A stretch of 64,000 nucleotides of DNA, from positions 62,001-126,000 of the forward strand of contig UYFQ01000710.1 of NCBI GenBank assembly GCA_900617105.1, written 5' to 3'. Source of the stretch: Hydrurus foetidus. Its lineage: Eukaryota. Of the stretch, positions 31,189 through 46,100 are shown piece by piece. The notes below the pieces were generated by a model that was not told the DNA's origin, ran no database searches, and saw only the letters and a list, made by a program, of their open reading frames with translations. A program made the translations under genes and the position numbers. Every line of letters begins with the position of its first letter. Within the stretch, counting starts at the first letter, position 1.

Positions 31189-33695
31189 ATGAAGGCGTCA
31201 TCTGGTAACTGGGGGAATTTAAAATCCAAGTTGTCGAAAGAAAGTGATCCAGCCCGCATCAAAGGTACCAATGATGTCACTATAAGAGAGAAACGGACTG
31301 ATCTAAATCAGGCTTGCAAAGGGGTTCCTATTGTCCCCGTTAGAGCTGAGAATGAGAAGAAAGATAAGAATAAAATGGAAGGTGATCACCTGAATCAGAA
31401 AACGAAGAGCAATTACGTTGGTCTTGATTGTGAAATGGTTGGTATCGGCTTGTCTGGAAAGCAAAGCGCTCTAGCCCGCTGTTGCATGGTAGATTTTGAT
31501 GGATTAGTCATTTACGACAAGTATGTGAGACCGAAGGGATTAGTCACCGATTTCCGGACTCAATGGAGTGGAATCAGAAAAAAAGATTTGAGGGCAGGCG
31601 AGGCGGTAACACTCCTGGAATGTCAGCAGAATGTAACAGCACTACTGAAGGATAAGGTTTTGGTAGGACATGCACTAAAGAACGACTTGGATGTACTGAT
31701 GCTGAGTCATCCGAAGAAGATGACTCGGGATACAGCCACCTATAAGCCTTACATGAGGGTACGAGCTACTCCGTATTTCTCGTTGATTCACCCTATTAAA
31801 AATACCTAGTATTTACGATTAACCAACGATATCATGGCAACTCATTGAAATAGAGGTAGCCCTCTTCACCTACAACCATCTGCCGACTACCTCCTGATAA
31901 ATGCTCAATCACCTCCGACAGCCTCACGGGAGCAAGGGGGGTAAATTCAAACCCCGGTCCCTTAAAGAACTTTCGAAGCAGCACTTGGGCCTTGTCATTC
32001 AAAGTGGAGAGCACGATCCGGTAAGTGCAATCAATACAACAGTGACTTTCAATCAATCAAATAAACAGCTGTAAGTCCGTTTATGTCGCATCGGACGTTG
32101 TGACGGATGACAGGATGATTTTGTACACTCCCTTCTCCATACTATTATCATATTACTGACAAAGAGCTGTCTCTCCCGAATACGATAGTTTTTCCACATG
32201 CTTACTTCGACATCTTACAATTCGAATATATCTTACCCCCTCAGGGAGAAGATGCGAGATGTGCGATGTTTCTGTACCGCACGAAGATGAAGGAGTGGGA
32301 AGACAGCGTGAAGTCTGTGAGGGCTCTCCAAGCAGCTGCATTCAAAAGTAAATTAACCGCGCAGAAAGACGGAGAAAGCAATGGTGAGTCTGGGGATGGA
32401 GATTGTAATTTGTGATAGTTTTGAAGGAAAGGAAAGGAAAGGAAGGGAAGTGGATAAATAGAAGTAGCGTGAGTATGGTGGGGAGTACTGCAGAACGAGT
32501 CAGAAAACGTAGGAGATAGCAGGAGTGCGTGAGATGGAGGACCCAAATGCCGCAGGTGGTAGGACAACAAACAAGCTGCTGAGATATAAAGTAATGCGGA
32601 GAGGATGAAAAGCAAAGAGAGAAGGGGTGAGATAAGATGAGAAGGTATAAGAGAAGGGAGGACTTGGGTTCTGATTTCGTGCGCGTCAAAAGTGGAGTAT
32701 GTACACTACAAATGACGTACGTGCAGCAGCTGTGGACATCAGCAGCATTGGCTATTGGTGCCATCAAGTGGCACATCCATCTTTCTGTATCATATCACAG
32801 CTCATCTTTGCACAACGAAACATGCTTATGAATGTTTCTCACTCGCATTGCTGTGAATTGTAGCAGTCTTGGAGAGATGGGGAGAGAGAAGAAGTGAAGG
32901 AGGGAGGGAGGGAGGGAGGGGAAATGTGTGATTGTTTCTGTATATGTCCAGAGCTGCAGTACTTGAGCGGGATTACAGAAATAGGGAAAAAACAAGCGCA
33001 GTTAAAAACCAACCCACAACAACCCACACGTATACTGAATCTCATCTACTGCCCTCTACTTCAAGCATCTTCCCACACCATATCATACCATGACAAATAG
33101 TACTGGTCATTGCCAATGTCTCTTGTTCTCATATTTCACCTTCTTTTTCTTCATTTCAGCCCCTTCATCCAGTGACAATCGGGCTACTGACCGTGGGTCA
33201 ACCACACCCATTGCTCCACCCCCTGTTCGTACAGCATACACCCGTACGCTAGGCAAGGAAAGCGGACTTAGTGCAAAGGAGATGAGGAATTGGAGAAGAA
33301 ATGGCACTCCTTCGCATAAGAGAAAGTCAGAAGAGCCCAGGGAAGAAGATGTAAATACACTTAGAGATAGGGAGAGGGAGAGGGAGTGGGGTAGAGACAA
33401 AGATAAGGGCGGATCCTCAACACCTGCAGCACACACAGTTGACAAGAGCGGTAGCGTGATTGCTACTGCTGTCCTCACCACCAGCACTGCATCTCATCCC
33501 CCTACCGGATTGCGTAGTGATAGTCACGTGGACAAGAAGCGGAAAGCGGTGGCAGCGCCTACCGGCATGTTTCACAACGACCTTCCTGTATCCACGTCTA
33601 TATCCGACATAGATCGTATGATGAACAGTACCTTACGGTCAAACACAATCGGTAATAGCCAGCAGTCTTCCAATTCGAAAAAGCGGAAAAGATGA
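31189..33695 (+). CDS. REX4: RNA exonuclease 4 (REX4/REXO4-like DEDDh), multi-exon
   Basis: YVGLDCEMVG, TDFRTQWSGI, LVGHALKNDL, RDTA, SLKELSKQHLGLVIQSGEHDP|GEDAR. Basic low-complexity last exon at about 33160-33695. Confidence 0.85.
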
Positions 33696-34973
33696 TGTGA
33701 CTACTGTTAATAATTGTTGTTAGTTGTTGTTGAATAGTAGTGTAGTAGTAATGATTTTGAAGGCTGCTGCATATCGTATAAAATAATGCCGTGTAGCGCG
33801 ACATGTATCATATCCACTGGAAATCTTCGTCAGAGTATTTGAGAAATAATGGGATGGGGAGAGAGGGAGGGGTGGAAGCAGTGGAAAGCAAAGCAGAGCA
33901 ACAAATCCTTCGACCTCAGCGCGTTGACGTCCCATAGTCCCACAGCTCAATGCATCTATCTATCCGGGAATTGGGAGGCTCCGAATATTGTGCAATCTTT
34001 GCATCTATCATACTCTCTTGTCTTCGCGATCACAACTAAACGGGTATCAGTAGTTCCGCATTCGAAATTGACCACAGAGCAGTGCGTGTATCACTTTATG
34101 TCCCGGAGACGTCCGGTACCCCTTTACTTGTGACCTCAGCAATGTGGTGAATACAGACTCTGCTGCGACTCTGTTCAGTTCTCTGTGTCATGTCATCGAT
34201 ACGAAGTGCATCAGTGGACAGGTCTGGTCAACGTGACCCTGTTCTATGCGACAGTTATACGATTTGGTCAAGTTCATTATCCTAGGCATTTCTTTACCTC
34301 AGCTAACGGTACGTAATGTAGCGTGAGTGGTTAAAGGGGAGGGACGAAAGAAAGAGGTAGGGGGGTCTCTTTATTTTCATGTATTTTTAATGTACTTTTT
34401 TTGTTGGTATGAAAAGATGATATGATATGGTGTCATGCAACTTAGCACCCTTCACGCTTCCCCCATAACTGAGTACGGTATACAAAACACTGTGTCTACA
34501 GTAACTTTACGATGAGATCCGGTATAATACGGCAAAGATCGGCATCGCAGCGCACTGTACTGCAGATCCCACAATAGACATCTTCTCCTCTCTTATCTTA
34601 ACTTATCCTTCTCCTCTAGTATACTCTAGTTTAATGGACCTGCCAGCTGTGATAGGGTTCACAAGGGGTGATGGTGAGTAGAGATACGGTACGTGCCGGA
34701 GGGCCACGACTCAGTGAGCCGTAACGCTCATAATGTCGTCAAGTTACAGCATACGTCTTCTCCGCTCCGTGAGAAGAGAGAGGCATAACTGTGCCACCAC
34801 ACAGATAGACACGACAAGGTGGAGAACATAACGGAGAGTCATGGCGCCCTTCTTCACGGCGCAATACGGCATAGCTTGGCATGATTGGCGGAGTGCGTGC
34901 GTTTTAAGAGCGCGCACAGAGCAATACAGTACACTACAACTAGCTGGTCAGACGTGCCCCAGAAAATATCAAC

Positions 34974-34974
<1 letters not shown>

Positions 34975-35057
<83 letters not shown>
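34975..35057. repeat. (TTTC)n microsatellite
   Basis: About 20 tandem TTTC units. Confidence 0.95.
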
Positions 35058-35059
<2 letters not shown>

Positions 35060-35667
35060 CAAAATGGTTTCAAAATATCAAAAATCAACTACATGTGCCA
35101 CATCAAAACAGAGCAAAACCGAATAAAAGGAAACTGAATGATAACTAATGGAGTTCAAGAAGGTGAGAGGAGAAGGTAGGAAGGTGATTAGGGTAGAGAG
35201 GTATAGGATAGAATAGGATAGGGGGTGTAGACCATTGCCAGTGTGGGGAATGGGGTGGGGTGCGGTGGAATTGACAGATTGTGATGGAATGGGGTGGTGA
35301 TTTCTCAAAAATTGTTTTAGCACGTGCATCAAAATCGAGAGTAAGGTAGAGCGCAAAGGTCAATGAAGCGAAGTGAGGAGAAGAGAGGCAAGAGGAGAGA
35401 TCTCGTCATCGTCAATTTCAATGGCATGTAACGGGGAGGTGAAGGAGAGTGAAGGGAAGGGAGATTGGGAAGGGAGAGCAGAGGTGTTTAGGATGGGTTT
35501 GGCAGAGAGGGAATGAAGGAGATAGAGTGCAGAGAGAGTGTATAGCGTAGAGAGAACAGGAGGAATTGTGTTGCAGTACAGGGCGGAAGTCAGAGAGTAC
35601 TCATAATTGAGGCAGGGAGGATTGCACTGCGTTCATCCGATTCCAGTAGAGTTCACTACACTGTACT

Positions 35668-38600
35668 TCACTTCTTCCTATATACGTAGACTCCGTGGTA
35701 GGGTTGTAAGAATGGCAGGAAGGGCACCGATCCACGGAATCTGTTGTCCCAAATGGGTTCAAGGTCTGGCAGTCCCATCTCGAGTTGCCTGAGGACAATG
35801 ATAGGAAAGAGAGGATAGATAGTGAGGATGTGTAAGGAGATAGAGAGATAGTGCAGGAGAGATGTGTAGGAGACATCTATGTGTAGGAGAGGGAGAGAGT
35901 ATGTGTGTGTGTGGGGGGGGGTAGGGGGATGGGGGATTCTGATTGTCTAAAGCGGATCATAGGCTGGGCGACGCCAGGGGAGCAATGTTAGAGGAAACAC
36001 AGTTCAGCGTTGTAGCGAAAAGAAGTGATGAGAGGAGGGAGAGGTAGGATAAAGACATGACAAGACAGCACTTGATAAAATGGGACAAAGTGGTGGCAAA
36101 CAACGATCACGGATGCATCCATCTATCTATCAGTGATACTGAGAGGCGTACTTACTTGTCTCCCAGGAGGTGTACGTGATCCAGTGCAAACCATAGTTTG
36201 TGGAAAGCGCTCTCCAGCTGCCTGACCTTCTTGGAAAGAGGTGGGAGACAGTCGTCATAGTTGCCCTTGAGGAAGAAGTCAGCAATGGCGACTATGCCTC
36301 CTTTCTTAAGGAGCTTAGAGGCGGAAGTCATGGCTGCCTGCTGCTTTGGGATCATGGAGAGGGAGTAGCTGAAGGTGATGATGTCAGCACTTCCCATGGC
36401 GGGTAGGGAGGAGAGCGCAGATGCGTCAGTGAAGTCGCACTCCACCACCTCTACCATGTCTTGCAGACCCATGGCAGCCACTCTTTGCCTCGCAACCTCC
36501 AACAGAGAAGGAGAGATATCCACAATATAAATCTTGCTGAAATTGCCTCGTAGCGTCTCTACCGTAAAGTACTCCAAATTTCTGGCCGTGCCCCCGCCAA
36601 CATCTACCCACACAAGAGTTCCCTTTCCGTTGGCAGACTTGACCTTCTTCAGTGGCAGACTTTCCATCAAGGCAGATTTGGCGTGGAGAAGGTTCTCTCT
36701 GAAGCTGTCGTAATCTCCTTTTTGGAACTTATAGAAGCTCTCCATGTCCTTCTTGTGTGTGCTGCCGTTGGCTGTGCCCTTGCTGTCACTGTCCATAAAG
36801 AGACCAGCGATTGGCTTCCACAAAGGAAATGTTACAACCTTTAATCCAGTGATGAAGTTTGCTGCGAATCCATTGTCCTGTGCTGTGTCTATCCTCTCCT
36901 CAAATGTTACGTTGACGTCTTTTAAGTAAGCGATCCAGGTGGTCCAGTACATGCCCACTCTGTCGTCAAAGTCATCCACACGCACTGGTTGCAGCCTATC
37001 AACGGAGAGAGGGAAGGAAGTTAGGGAGGTAGATGAGGAGAGGGAGGGAGGAGAGAGGGGTGAGTGTGAGAGTAAGTGTTAGTGAGTGAGTAGTGGATGA
37101 GAGTGAGTGAGTGAGTGAGAGATGGGAGAGTGAGTGAGTGAGTCGGAGAGAGCAAGAGACAGGGTGATAGAAAGGGAGTGAGTGAGGAGGGAGAGGTATT
37201 GACGATGCAGTATTCTTTTAGAGATTGTCCGAAGTCATCATGTCCACTTCCGCCTTCTGTTACACAGGCTGCTCTATCAACCAATGAAAGAATGTTCTTC
37301 CAGAGTGCAGAACTGTGTAACCTATCCTTTCATGATGTGTCTATTCTCTCACCAGTTGAGTGGTGCGGAATGTACGTCATCAGCGAATGTTCTCCAGAAG
37401 ATCTTTCCTCTGACAGGATCCATTTTCTTCATCAAATGTGTGATTTCTTCGTTGATCATTCTGTCAGTCATCCAGTCCATGTGGTCCAGCAGAGAAGCCA
37501 CAGTGATGGGTACCGTGCTGCTGTCGATGGCTGACAGCATTGTTCCGTGCACCAGTATCAATTTGTTGTTCTGCCAAGTGGTAGAGTAGAGTAGAGTAGA
37601 GTAGAGTGGAGAAGAGTAGGTGAGAAAAGAGGAGAGGAGAGCAGAGTGAGGTATTGTAGAGTAGAATAGAGTAGAGTAGAGTAGAGTAATGTAAGGTTGT
37701 AAAGAGTTCGGTAGTGTAGAATAGAGTAAGGGGCAGCAGTAACCCGTCTCAAGGTGCAGCAATCAAACTGAATGTGCAGCAATTAAATGGCGTTTCAGTC
37801 TGTGCTATGCGAAACGATGCTAGAAAATAGCTAACCTTGAGGTGTTTTTTCATTTTTTCGTAGTTTTCTCTTTTTAAGTAACGAGGGCAGTTCTCAGGCG
37901 TGTAGTGTCCGAGGAAATATCCGGCGTAGAAGTAGTTGTCGTTCACCAAGTCCGTGTTGAAGAATATTCTGCAGAGCGGTGCGATAGGAGAGGGGTGAAG
38001 AGGACGGTGAGGAATGTAAGGGGTGGTGAGAAGAGGGAGCTTGAGAGGAGAAGATTAGGTCGTTGTTCGCATGCAATAAAGAGAGTGGTGCATGCATCCC
38101 GAGTAGGGGAGTTAGGGGTTGTGACTGACAGAGAGAGGATTGATGAGGTAGAGATGTCGAGAGGGAGGGGGGTATCGTAGAGAGGAGGTGAGCGTACAGC
38201 TAGCGCTGAGAAGTAGGACGGGTATTGCATATCCCTCGAAATAGTATGCTGATTGCTCCGGTTGAGATTCAGTGTTAATTAGATTCAGTTTCGTTCAGTT
38301 CCGTTCCGTTCTGTCAGCAGGATCTAACCGCGTCCGTGCTGTCCGGTGTGGTGCAGTGCGCGGACAGACAAGACCGTGTTGGGTACGTGCCAGCACACTG
38401 ACCATGACAATATCATGCTTATGTGGCGGCAGCACGAACAGGCGAAGAAGTCTAGCATATGGAGGGGATGCTATATTGGACAACGAGACTGAACTTGCGA
38501 TCTCTCTATTTTTGTTCCGTTCCCTTTGTTTATTTTTTTGTACCATTCGACAGACGCAAGAGAAGTGCAAGTTGCGGCAGAAAAGACAAAGAGGGAGATA

Positions 38601-39694
38601 GCGGACAACGTTGCACAGTGTAGTGTGGTGTAGTATAGGGCAGGCAGAAGGGCTTTCCCATCAAATGAAATCAAGTGAAGTGCGTACCTCTCGATGACAA
38701 GCGCAAGATTGTTCGGTCTGTGCAGTCCGAGGGCCATCTGGCGCTCAGGAACTCCAGCAAAACAGCATCCACCTGCACGCATAGCACGAATGGGATGAGG
38801 AATAACATTCTAAGGTTAGTGGTTCATTGCAATGTTAGTGTTGGACTTGTATGGCACTGTGAGCACTGGCACCTCTGAGCATGATGTTGTCCATCAACCA
38901 GGCAATGCCGCGGATAGAGTAGCTTGAGTTGATAATTTTCTTCAGAAATTCCTCTTTAGGAGTCTTCTTCAAAATCTCCTGCCGGATGAAACCCAATCCG
39001 AATATTGGGAAAAGAACGCGGAACAGAATGTATGACATGTTTCCGGAGGTGCCGGAGTACATAAACGATTTGATGGTATTGACACCATCATCCCAGAATT
39101 CAGCGGATGGAGCAGACAGGTGGGGACGCAGCTTCGTTGGGTAAATCTCTTTCAGGACGGCCATGTTGGACTTCGAGAAGATCTCAAAGAAAACATCGTA
39201 ATCCACGTTCAAAATAGCGACCTTTTTGAGCTCCGTCAAAGCAATTTGACACAGATTGAAATCTACGGCTGTCACCATGGCGCCTTCGATTATGTAATCC
39301 AGCACGTTGCAGCCGGCAGAGGCGATCGTGATCACATGATCGGACTCATTCAAATCAAACACACGCTGATCCATTCTTGGATCCTACGTATGTTTTCGTG
39401 CCAATATAATCAGAAGGAGAGATCGAATTGGATCTGAATTGCATGAGATTGCTCTACGTGAGATATAATGAATCTTACCTCCCAGCTGACGTTGTAGATG
39501 TAAGTCTTATTCAAAAACTTGTACATGAGTTTGTCGTGAACCATGGCAAACATCCAGATAAAGGGACTCACACACAGCAAAATGACGGTCAGAAACGCAT
39601 CGACGAAAGGATTCATCTCATTGTTGACGAGTTTGTGACGAAGTCTCGCCTCTCTGTCAACAGGTGTGAGATTTATCCCCTTCGAAGACGGCAT
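35668..39694 (-). CDS. BTA1: Betaine lipid (DGTS) synthase: N-terminal BtaA/DUF3419 domain fused to C-terminal BtaB-like SAM methyltransferase
   Basis: YIYNVSWE|DPRMD, ITIASAGCNVLDY, NYFY...Y...NCPRYL, LLDHMDW and DRVGMYW, followed by WVDVGGGTARNLE, ITFSYSLSMIP and IADFF. The last exon ends ...GVYVYRKK* at 35668. Confidence 0.88.
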
Positions 39695-40174
39695 ATCGAC
39701 TGATTAAAACGATTAATTCCGTCAAGACTTCAGGGACAGTGCAGCTTCTTCAACGATAACGACGTTCCCAGGACTTTCTCAATCTTCCCCTTCTCTCAGA
39801 AAAGATTGATTCGAACGACGTAGATTATTCACTCATGTCCACAGAGACAAATTTTCAATGATCTGATCAGATATCAGATCCTACTTATACCGTAAACCGT
39901 GTAAGATTTACCCATAGTCAGCTTTTTACAGCTTTTTCAAATATTTTCAAATATTCAAAAAATCCGAGTAATTTTGGTTAGCTTCTTGTGCATGTATCAA
40001 GATGCTGTCTGGGCGGCACTGAAGAACTTCTTGGGAAACTTCAAGATTGGACAGTTGCAAGAACAATAAGATCGTCAAAGTCGTGCGATCAATCTTATGT
40101 CAGCAGTGCTGACTGACTTCATGAAGCTGCATTCCTTAGTTCAACTTGTCGACTAAATTCCTTTGTTTAAGATC

Positions 40175-43100
40175 ATGGTGCTTACTGATGGTCAGTTATC
40201 AAAAGTAGTACATCAGCTGCACGACTTAGTTAGCTTCAGCCTTGTAATCATCATCTTTTATCACGATTGGTACAGCGCATCGGTTTCCTTTTTCCCTTTT
40301 TAATGAGTCGAAGAGAGGTGGTGGGGATAGCACTGTTGTTCGAATCGGTGATGTCACGGATCACATGGATAAAGCTATCGGGAGGCCGACCATACATCTA
40401 AAAGGGACTGTGTCCGCGAGAAATTCCTTGGACATATCTAATCTTTCATTGACAGGTCAGCATGTGTTTCGGTGTCTTTCGAAATTAGCATCGTAACCAT
40501 GAAGTGGATATCTGAGGATTAGAATACACCAGACGCCTAAGATGGGTCATGGCGATCACTTACAGTCACCTGTGGGAGATTCTAGGCACGAATTGTGCTG
40601 CAATGGGGAATGAACCTTCTCTCGTTGGCACGACGTGGTGGTGTATCAAAATCGGTGTCATTACAACTATCGAGTCGTCAGCTTCTGCAATTTCCGCACG
40701 TTTTCGAGCATCATACTGCGATGTAGAAAGTGTTTGTTTCCTGTTTGACAAAAGAAGATGCTAGCACGTATTTAGCCAGTTGAGACTTCGCGCTTTCGTC
40801 TCCACCTATTCTGAGTTCTCATTCCGACAGTTCAACAAATATATCGAACATCTTTTAATCTTTTATTTCTAAATTACTTCTTCCTGTTTATCGCCACTGA
40901 TGTGCAGGAGCATTCATGTACGTGCAGCTGAGAGTGCAGCAGCACGCCACCTTCCACCTCGAAATCCTCACCACACACGAGCAGGCTCTACGCGTCACAG
41001 TGTCAACTCTGTATGCGTCAGACAGAGCAAGATTCCTTGGAACGAGTCTCAGGTGCATCTGCTCTACTTAATTCACATATCAATCATGCTCATTTAATTT
41101 CGAATTCCATGTGCTTGCTGTTCGTGTGTTCTTTATGAGTTACTACTTGGCGCATCCTGTATTTCACTCAACTCCATGGAACCGCCAGTACTGCGTACGT
41201 CCCTCAAATTTCATTCCTGCACTCAAACGTACGTACGCACTGCAGACTACCGATGCCTTTACACGATGGGCTGATGCTGCTCTGCCTGGATCTCAACACC
41301 ATCATAAAGGCGTTCTGCGGGTCATCGGGCCACCACACGCACGTCAACTCCTTACAGCGCATCAGGGTCAGTAAATTCTCTAAGCCGTGTTATTATTGCA
41401 CTGTTGAAGTCCCAGTAATATGGGGATATCAGTCCTATTTTCAACTCTCCTTCTCCTCCTCTCGACCCCCTTCTTCTCTACCTCTCCACCTCCCTCTTCT
41501 CGTATCACTCCACCACTCGTATCTCTTCTCCCTGACTCCGACGTCATCCTTTAACTACTCATCCTTGCACGCCCTCATTTTTACCATTCCCGATTCACTT
41601 CTCTCCGTTACAGCGTGTTGTGCTGTGCTCCAACATGTCAGTGCGGGACGTGGTGACAAGCAACCGAGCGTTTTCTGAAGACATGAAGGTAACATCGCAG
41701 ATACGACAGATATAGCGGTTTAAACTGTTTATCATTCGTATCGTCGTCTACTTCGCCCACTATCATTCGCCCGTCTATTCCTCAACTCATGCACTGATTC
41801 ATATCTACTTTTATTGCCGTTTCTGTCGTCACTCCTTCTCTTCTCCCCCTTACCCACTATCCCTTCACATCCCTCATCTTCTCATCTCCTCTCGCAGTCC
41901 CTCCCGAAAGAGCTGTCTATCTTGGACTCCAGTCTAGAGGAAGTGCTGTACGTGGACATCGCCCAGATGTGCCTCGTAATGCAGGTCACAGGAGAGATAC
42001 AGGGGAGAGCAGTCAGACAGGCAACAGCACAGACACAGGCTAATACATCTCCTTCTTCTAAACCTTCCACTTCCACGGCACGCCCCTCACTGCACCCCTC
42101 TCGCCCCCATACACATAGTCAAAGCAGCGCTCCTCTTCTGTCCCCCTCAGCTGCACGGTCAGTCGTCAAACTTTCCAAACTCTCACTAGGAGGTGGAGGA
42201 GGCGGAGGGGGAGGAGGGAAAAGGTGCAGTGGGATGTCCAGTGAGAGGGGAGGCAGCTAGTGTTGAGCCGCTGATGTCTCTTAAAATGAGGGACCTCATC
42301 CAGTCCTGTGGGGCGCTGTTCAGTGCAGAGTCAACAGGAGCACAGGAGGACAGTCTCAACTACTCAAGCGATGGAGACGAGAATACAAACACAGATGCCA
42401 ACTCTGTCAATAACCACCTCGCTCAATCTGATGCAAGTGTGCGAGGAGAAAGTCTCGACAGAACATCTAATGAGAAGGGGGATAAGGATAAGGGGTCTGC
42501 AGTGAAGATTTCCGGTAGCAAACGGTCTGTTTCTCCTATCCCAACCCCGCTCAAATCTGCCCCTCTCCCCAGCTCCCCTCCATGTACCATCTTGAAGCGC
42601 AACACCACTCTCATAGCAGCAACTGCTCCACAGCATAGTCCTCTCAGCAGATCTCCTGCCCCCAGGACCCCCCTCAGTCAGAGGGCAGGTCCAATCCATG
42701 GGTCAGCCAGATGCACTGCCCCTGACACGAATGCCTCTGAGAGGGTACTACAGATAGAGAGAGTGCTAGGGTACAGTGGAGGGCCCTGTTTACTACTGTG
42801 TGAGGGCAAGATGTTGGTGATTGCCAGTGGCTCTATGCTGGTGCTAATCGACACTCAGGGCGGGGCAGGGTGTGAGAGTGACGAGAGCCCCGGACTATGG
42901 AAGCATTTTAGGTCCTTTTTAAGGGGGGCCGGGGCGGTCCGGTTTAAGGGGTCCATTGTCCAGGCAGAGGCCATGGCTGAGGGAGTGATGGAGAGTGCGT
43001 GGAAGGGACGGGGACAAGGGATGGGAAAGGGACAGGGAGTTGGACAGGGGATGGGAGGTGGACAGGGAGGGGGGTACAGTGAGAGCTACACAGACCCCAA

Positions 43101-46100
43101 GAAATGGAGAGCAATGGCTGGGTGCGAACAAGCCTTCCTCAAAGGGCACAAGCAAAATATCGGATTGCTCGAGGTACTTTACGCTCCATTCTCCTCTATT
43201 CTACTGTGCTCTGCTCCACTCCACTCTACTCTACTCTTTGTCATGTACGTACAGTTGCCATGCAATTTTATATCAGCTTGGTTACCATTGCTCACCTTGT
43301 CTCATCTCACTTCAAACTGGAGCGATCCTCTCTGACGCTGCTCTCCTCCTCTCCCTACTTCTCACCTCTTCTCTCTCTCCCGCACTCTATCTCATTCAAC
43401 TGCACTCTTGACCAGCTATCACCTGACGGCTGTATGATGGCATCAGCGGAAACGGGGCAGAGGGGCGCGGTGATATTGTGGGACCTAAAGGGAGGAAAGA
43501 GGGTCGCCACGTTCCGCCCCCATTCAGAGAGCCTAGTGGCACTCTCCTTCAACGCTGACTGCTCTCTGATCGTCACAGTGGGCACAGACAGTCAGAGAAG
43601 AGTGCTGGTTGTCGTGTGGGGTGTGCAGTCCCTTGCAGTGCAGGGGTCAGCACTCAGTGTAGTCGCAAAGCAAATCTCGGAATTTCCCATATCAAAGATT
43701 CGTTTCTCTCCACATCCCGATCCGAACCCTTCCCTGGTGAGCTGTGGCAGAGAGAACATTCGGTTCTTCAGAGTGCGTAAAGGTCACCTCCCCGCCAGCC
43801 CTGTGATTTTAAATGAGTTTGCTAGGGGCTTTATCTACTCTGATTTTGCCTTTTTAGAAGATCCACTGTGTGCCACTATCTCACCGTCTCTGGATGGCAC
43901 GAGGCGCTGTGCATTGTTTGCATCAAATAGAGGCATTCTGCTCAAAGTGGACTGCATTACGAAATCAGTGCTATGCGCATATCAACTCCACACCGGTGCT
44001 ATACGGTCACTGGCTCTACACTCCGGATACGCAGTGACCGGGGGGGCGGACAGCAGACTCAGGGTGTGGCCCCTGGACTTCTCTGATTTCCTCCTGGAAT
44101 CTCAACATGAAGCGGCAGTGACGTCAGTGTGTCTGAGCGGGGATGGCCGGAAGCTGTCGGTAGGCACGGCTGCGGGCACTTTGGGTGTGTTGGATGTGAA
44201 GGAGCACAGGTGTGAAGTGCGTGTGTGTGGTGTATCGTATTGCATAGTATTGTATTGTATTGCATTGTGTTGTATTGTATAGTGTTCCCTCTCCTCCTCT
44301 ATCTGACCCTACCCTACCCTACCCTACCCTACCCTACCCTACCCTACCCTACCCTACCCTAATCTAATCTAAGCCCTATAACCCCACACCCACAAAGTCA
44401 CTACACCATTCTCAACCAAAATCCTTCATCTCCTGTGCATAGTTACGACACAGTTCTCAGATCTCATGTCGGACCTGTCACATTCTCTGTCGGGAGGGGA
44501 CCAGCAAACGAGGTTAGCCGTGCGTACCGCGTATTATCCGTTCCATTTCATCAATTTGTAATATTCACCCTGTCATATCTTACTCAGTTTTTGCAAAAAA
44601 ATGTGATAGTTCTACTCACACGCTTACAGGAGAAAAGAAATATCTTACAAAATAAAATACAATAAGTGAAATTAAATTGATCCGAGATCGACAAGTATCA
44701 CACAATCACCACTCAACTCTTTCGTCCAACTTCCCTACATGCATTTATCCTAATCTATCTTATCTCTTCTCATCTTATCTTGTCGTACCGTATCCTATTT
44801 ATCTTATCTCTTCTCATTTCGTTTTCTATTCTCCCCTCTTTATTCTTCAGGAATTCGTGACACTGGGCACTGACGGCACTATACGGTTGTGGGACGTGTT
44901 CACTGGAATGCAGAAGTTCGAGTTCACTTCCCCTTCGGATGATCCGCTGTCTGCTGCGTACCATCCATCCGAGGTAACACTACTGCATTAGCTCATTTCT
45001 ATACTTCTTTAGAACGTTCCTTACGGTCTGAGTTCTGGGATGTGGTTTTGCAAATTTTCTCATTCTGGAATTTGCCTGGAATCTTTTTTACTGAGTTCTG
45101 GAATTTTACATTTTCATCAGTCGAGCTCTGAGAGGAACGCACTGTAAGATATCAGCACTCAGTCTGTAAGGAACGTTCTTTCTTACTGTGTGCATTAAGC
45201 CCACATCCTATCATCCTTCTATCAACTCTTCCTTCTCCCAGCTACCCTATCTTCTCCTCTCTTCTCTTCTCTTCTTTTTGAGTTGCGTCCATTCTGTCCT
45301 TGCCATTCCTCACCCCTTACAATTACCTCTCATCTCGTCTCACACTCCTTCTCCGACACCACACCTCTTTTCCAAATCTTGCCTCTAATTTCCCATTTCT
45401 TTATCTCATCCATCTTCCACCATTCACCCACTAGTACTCTCTATGTGTGGGGTTTCGATCTGGAGCTGTGAGGGTGTTCGACATCTTAAGTACTGCAACT
45501 ATCACAGAGAGGAGAGTGCAGCGCGGTGCAATCACTGCTCTGCTCTACTGCATCTCTACCTCTTTCCCAGCAGTGAGGACAGCTGCTGAGTCGCAGAGGG
45601 AGAGGGAAAGGGTCCGAGAGAGAAGGGAGGCGATTGTGTCTGAGAAATCCCCAGGGGGCCAAGAAGGACACCTTCTCCTGTTCTCAGCAGGTACCTACAT
45701 CTCTTCGCTTTAATCATATGTTCTCCTCTGATTCCTGTCCCATCGCTCACAACATCCATCGCAACGATTTCAATCCTGCCTATCACTTACAGAATCAAAC
45801 ATGCATTCACTCACTCACTCACTCACACTCACTCACTCACTCACTCACTCACTCACTCACTCACTCATTCACTCACCAACTCACTCACTTACAGAATCAA
45901 ACATGCATTCACTCACTCACTCACTCATTCACTCACCAACTCACTCACTTACAGAATCAAACATGCATTCACTCACTCACCCACTCAATCACCCACTCAT
46001 CCGCTCACATTCACTCACCAACTCACTCACCCACTCACCTACTCACTCACTCACTCCTCCAACTGACTCAAACGGTAGGACTGGATGGAGACATAATCGT

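Noticed and set aside
44306..44380. Telomere-like repeat
   Set aside because: The unit is ACCCT (5 bp), not a sustained CCCTAA array, and it is intronic.
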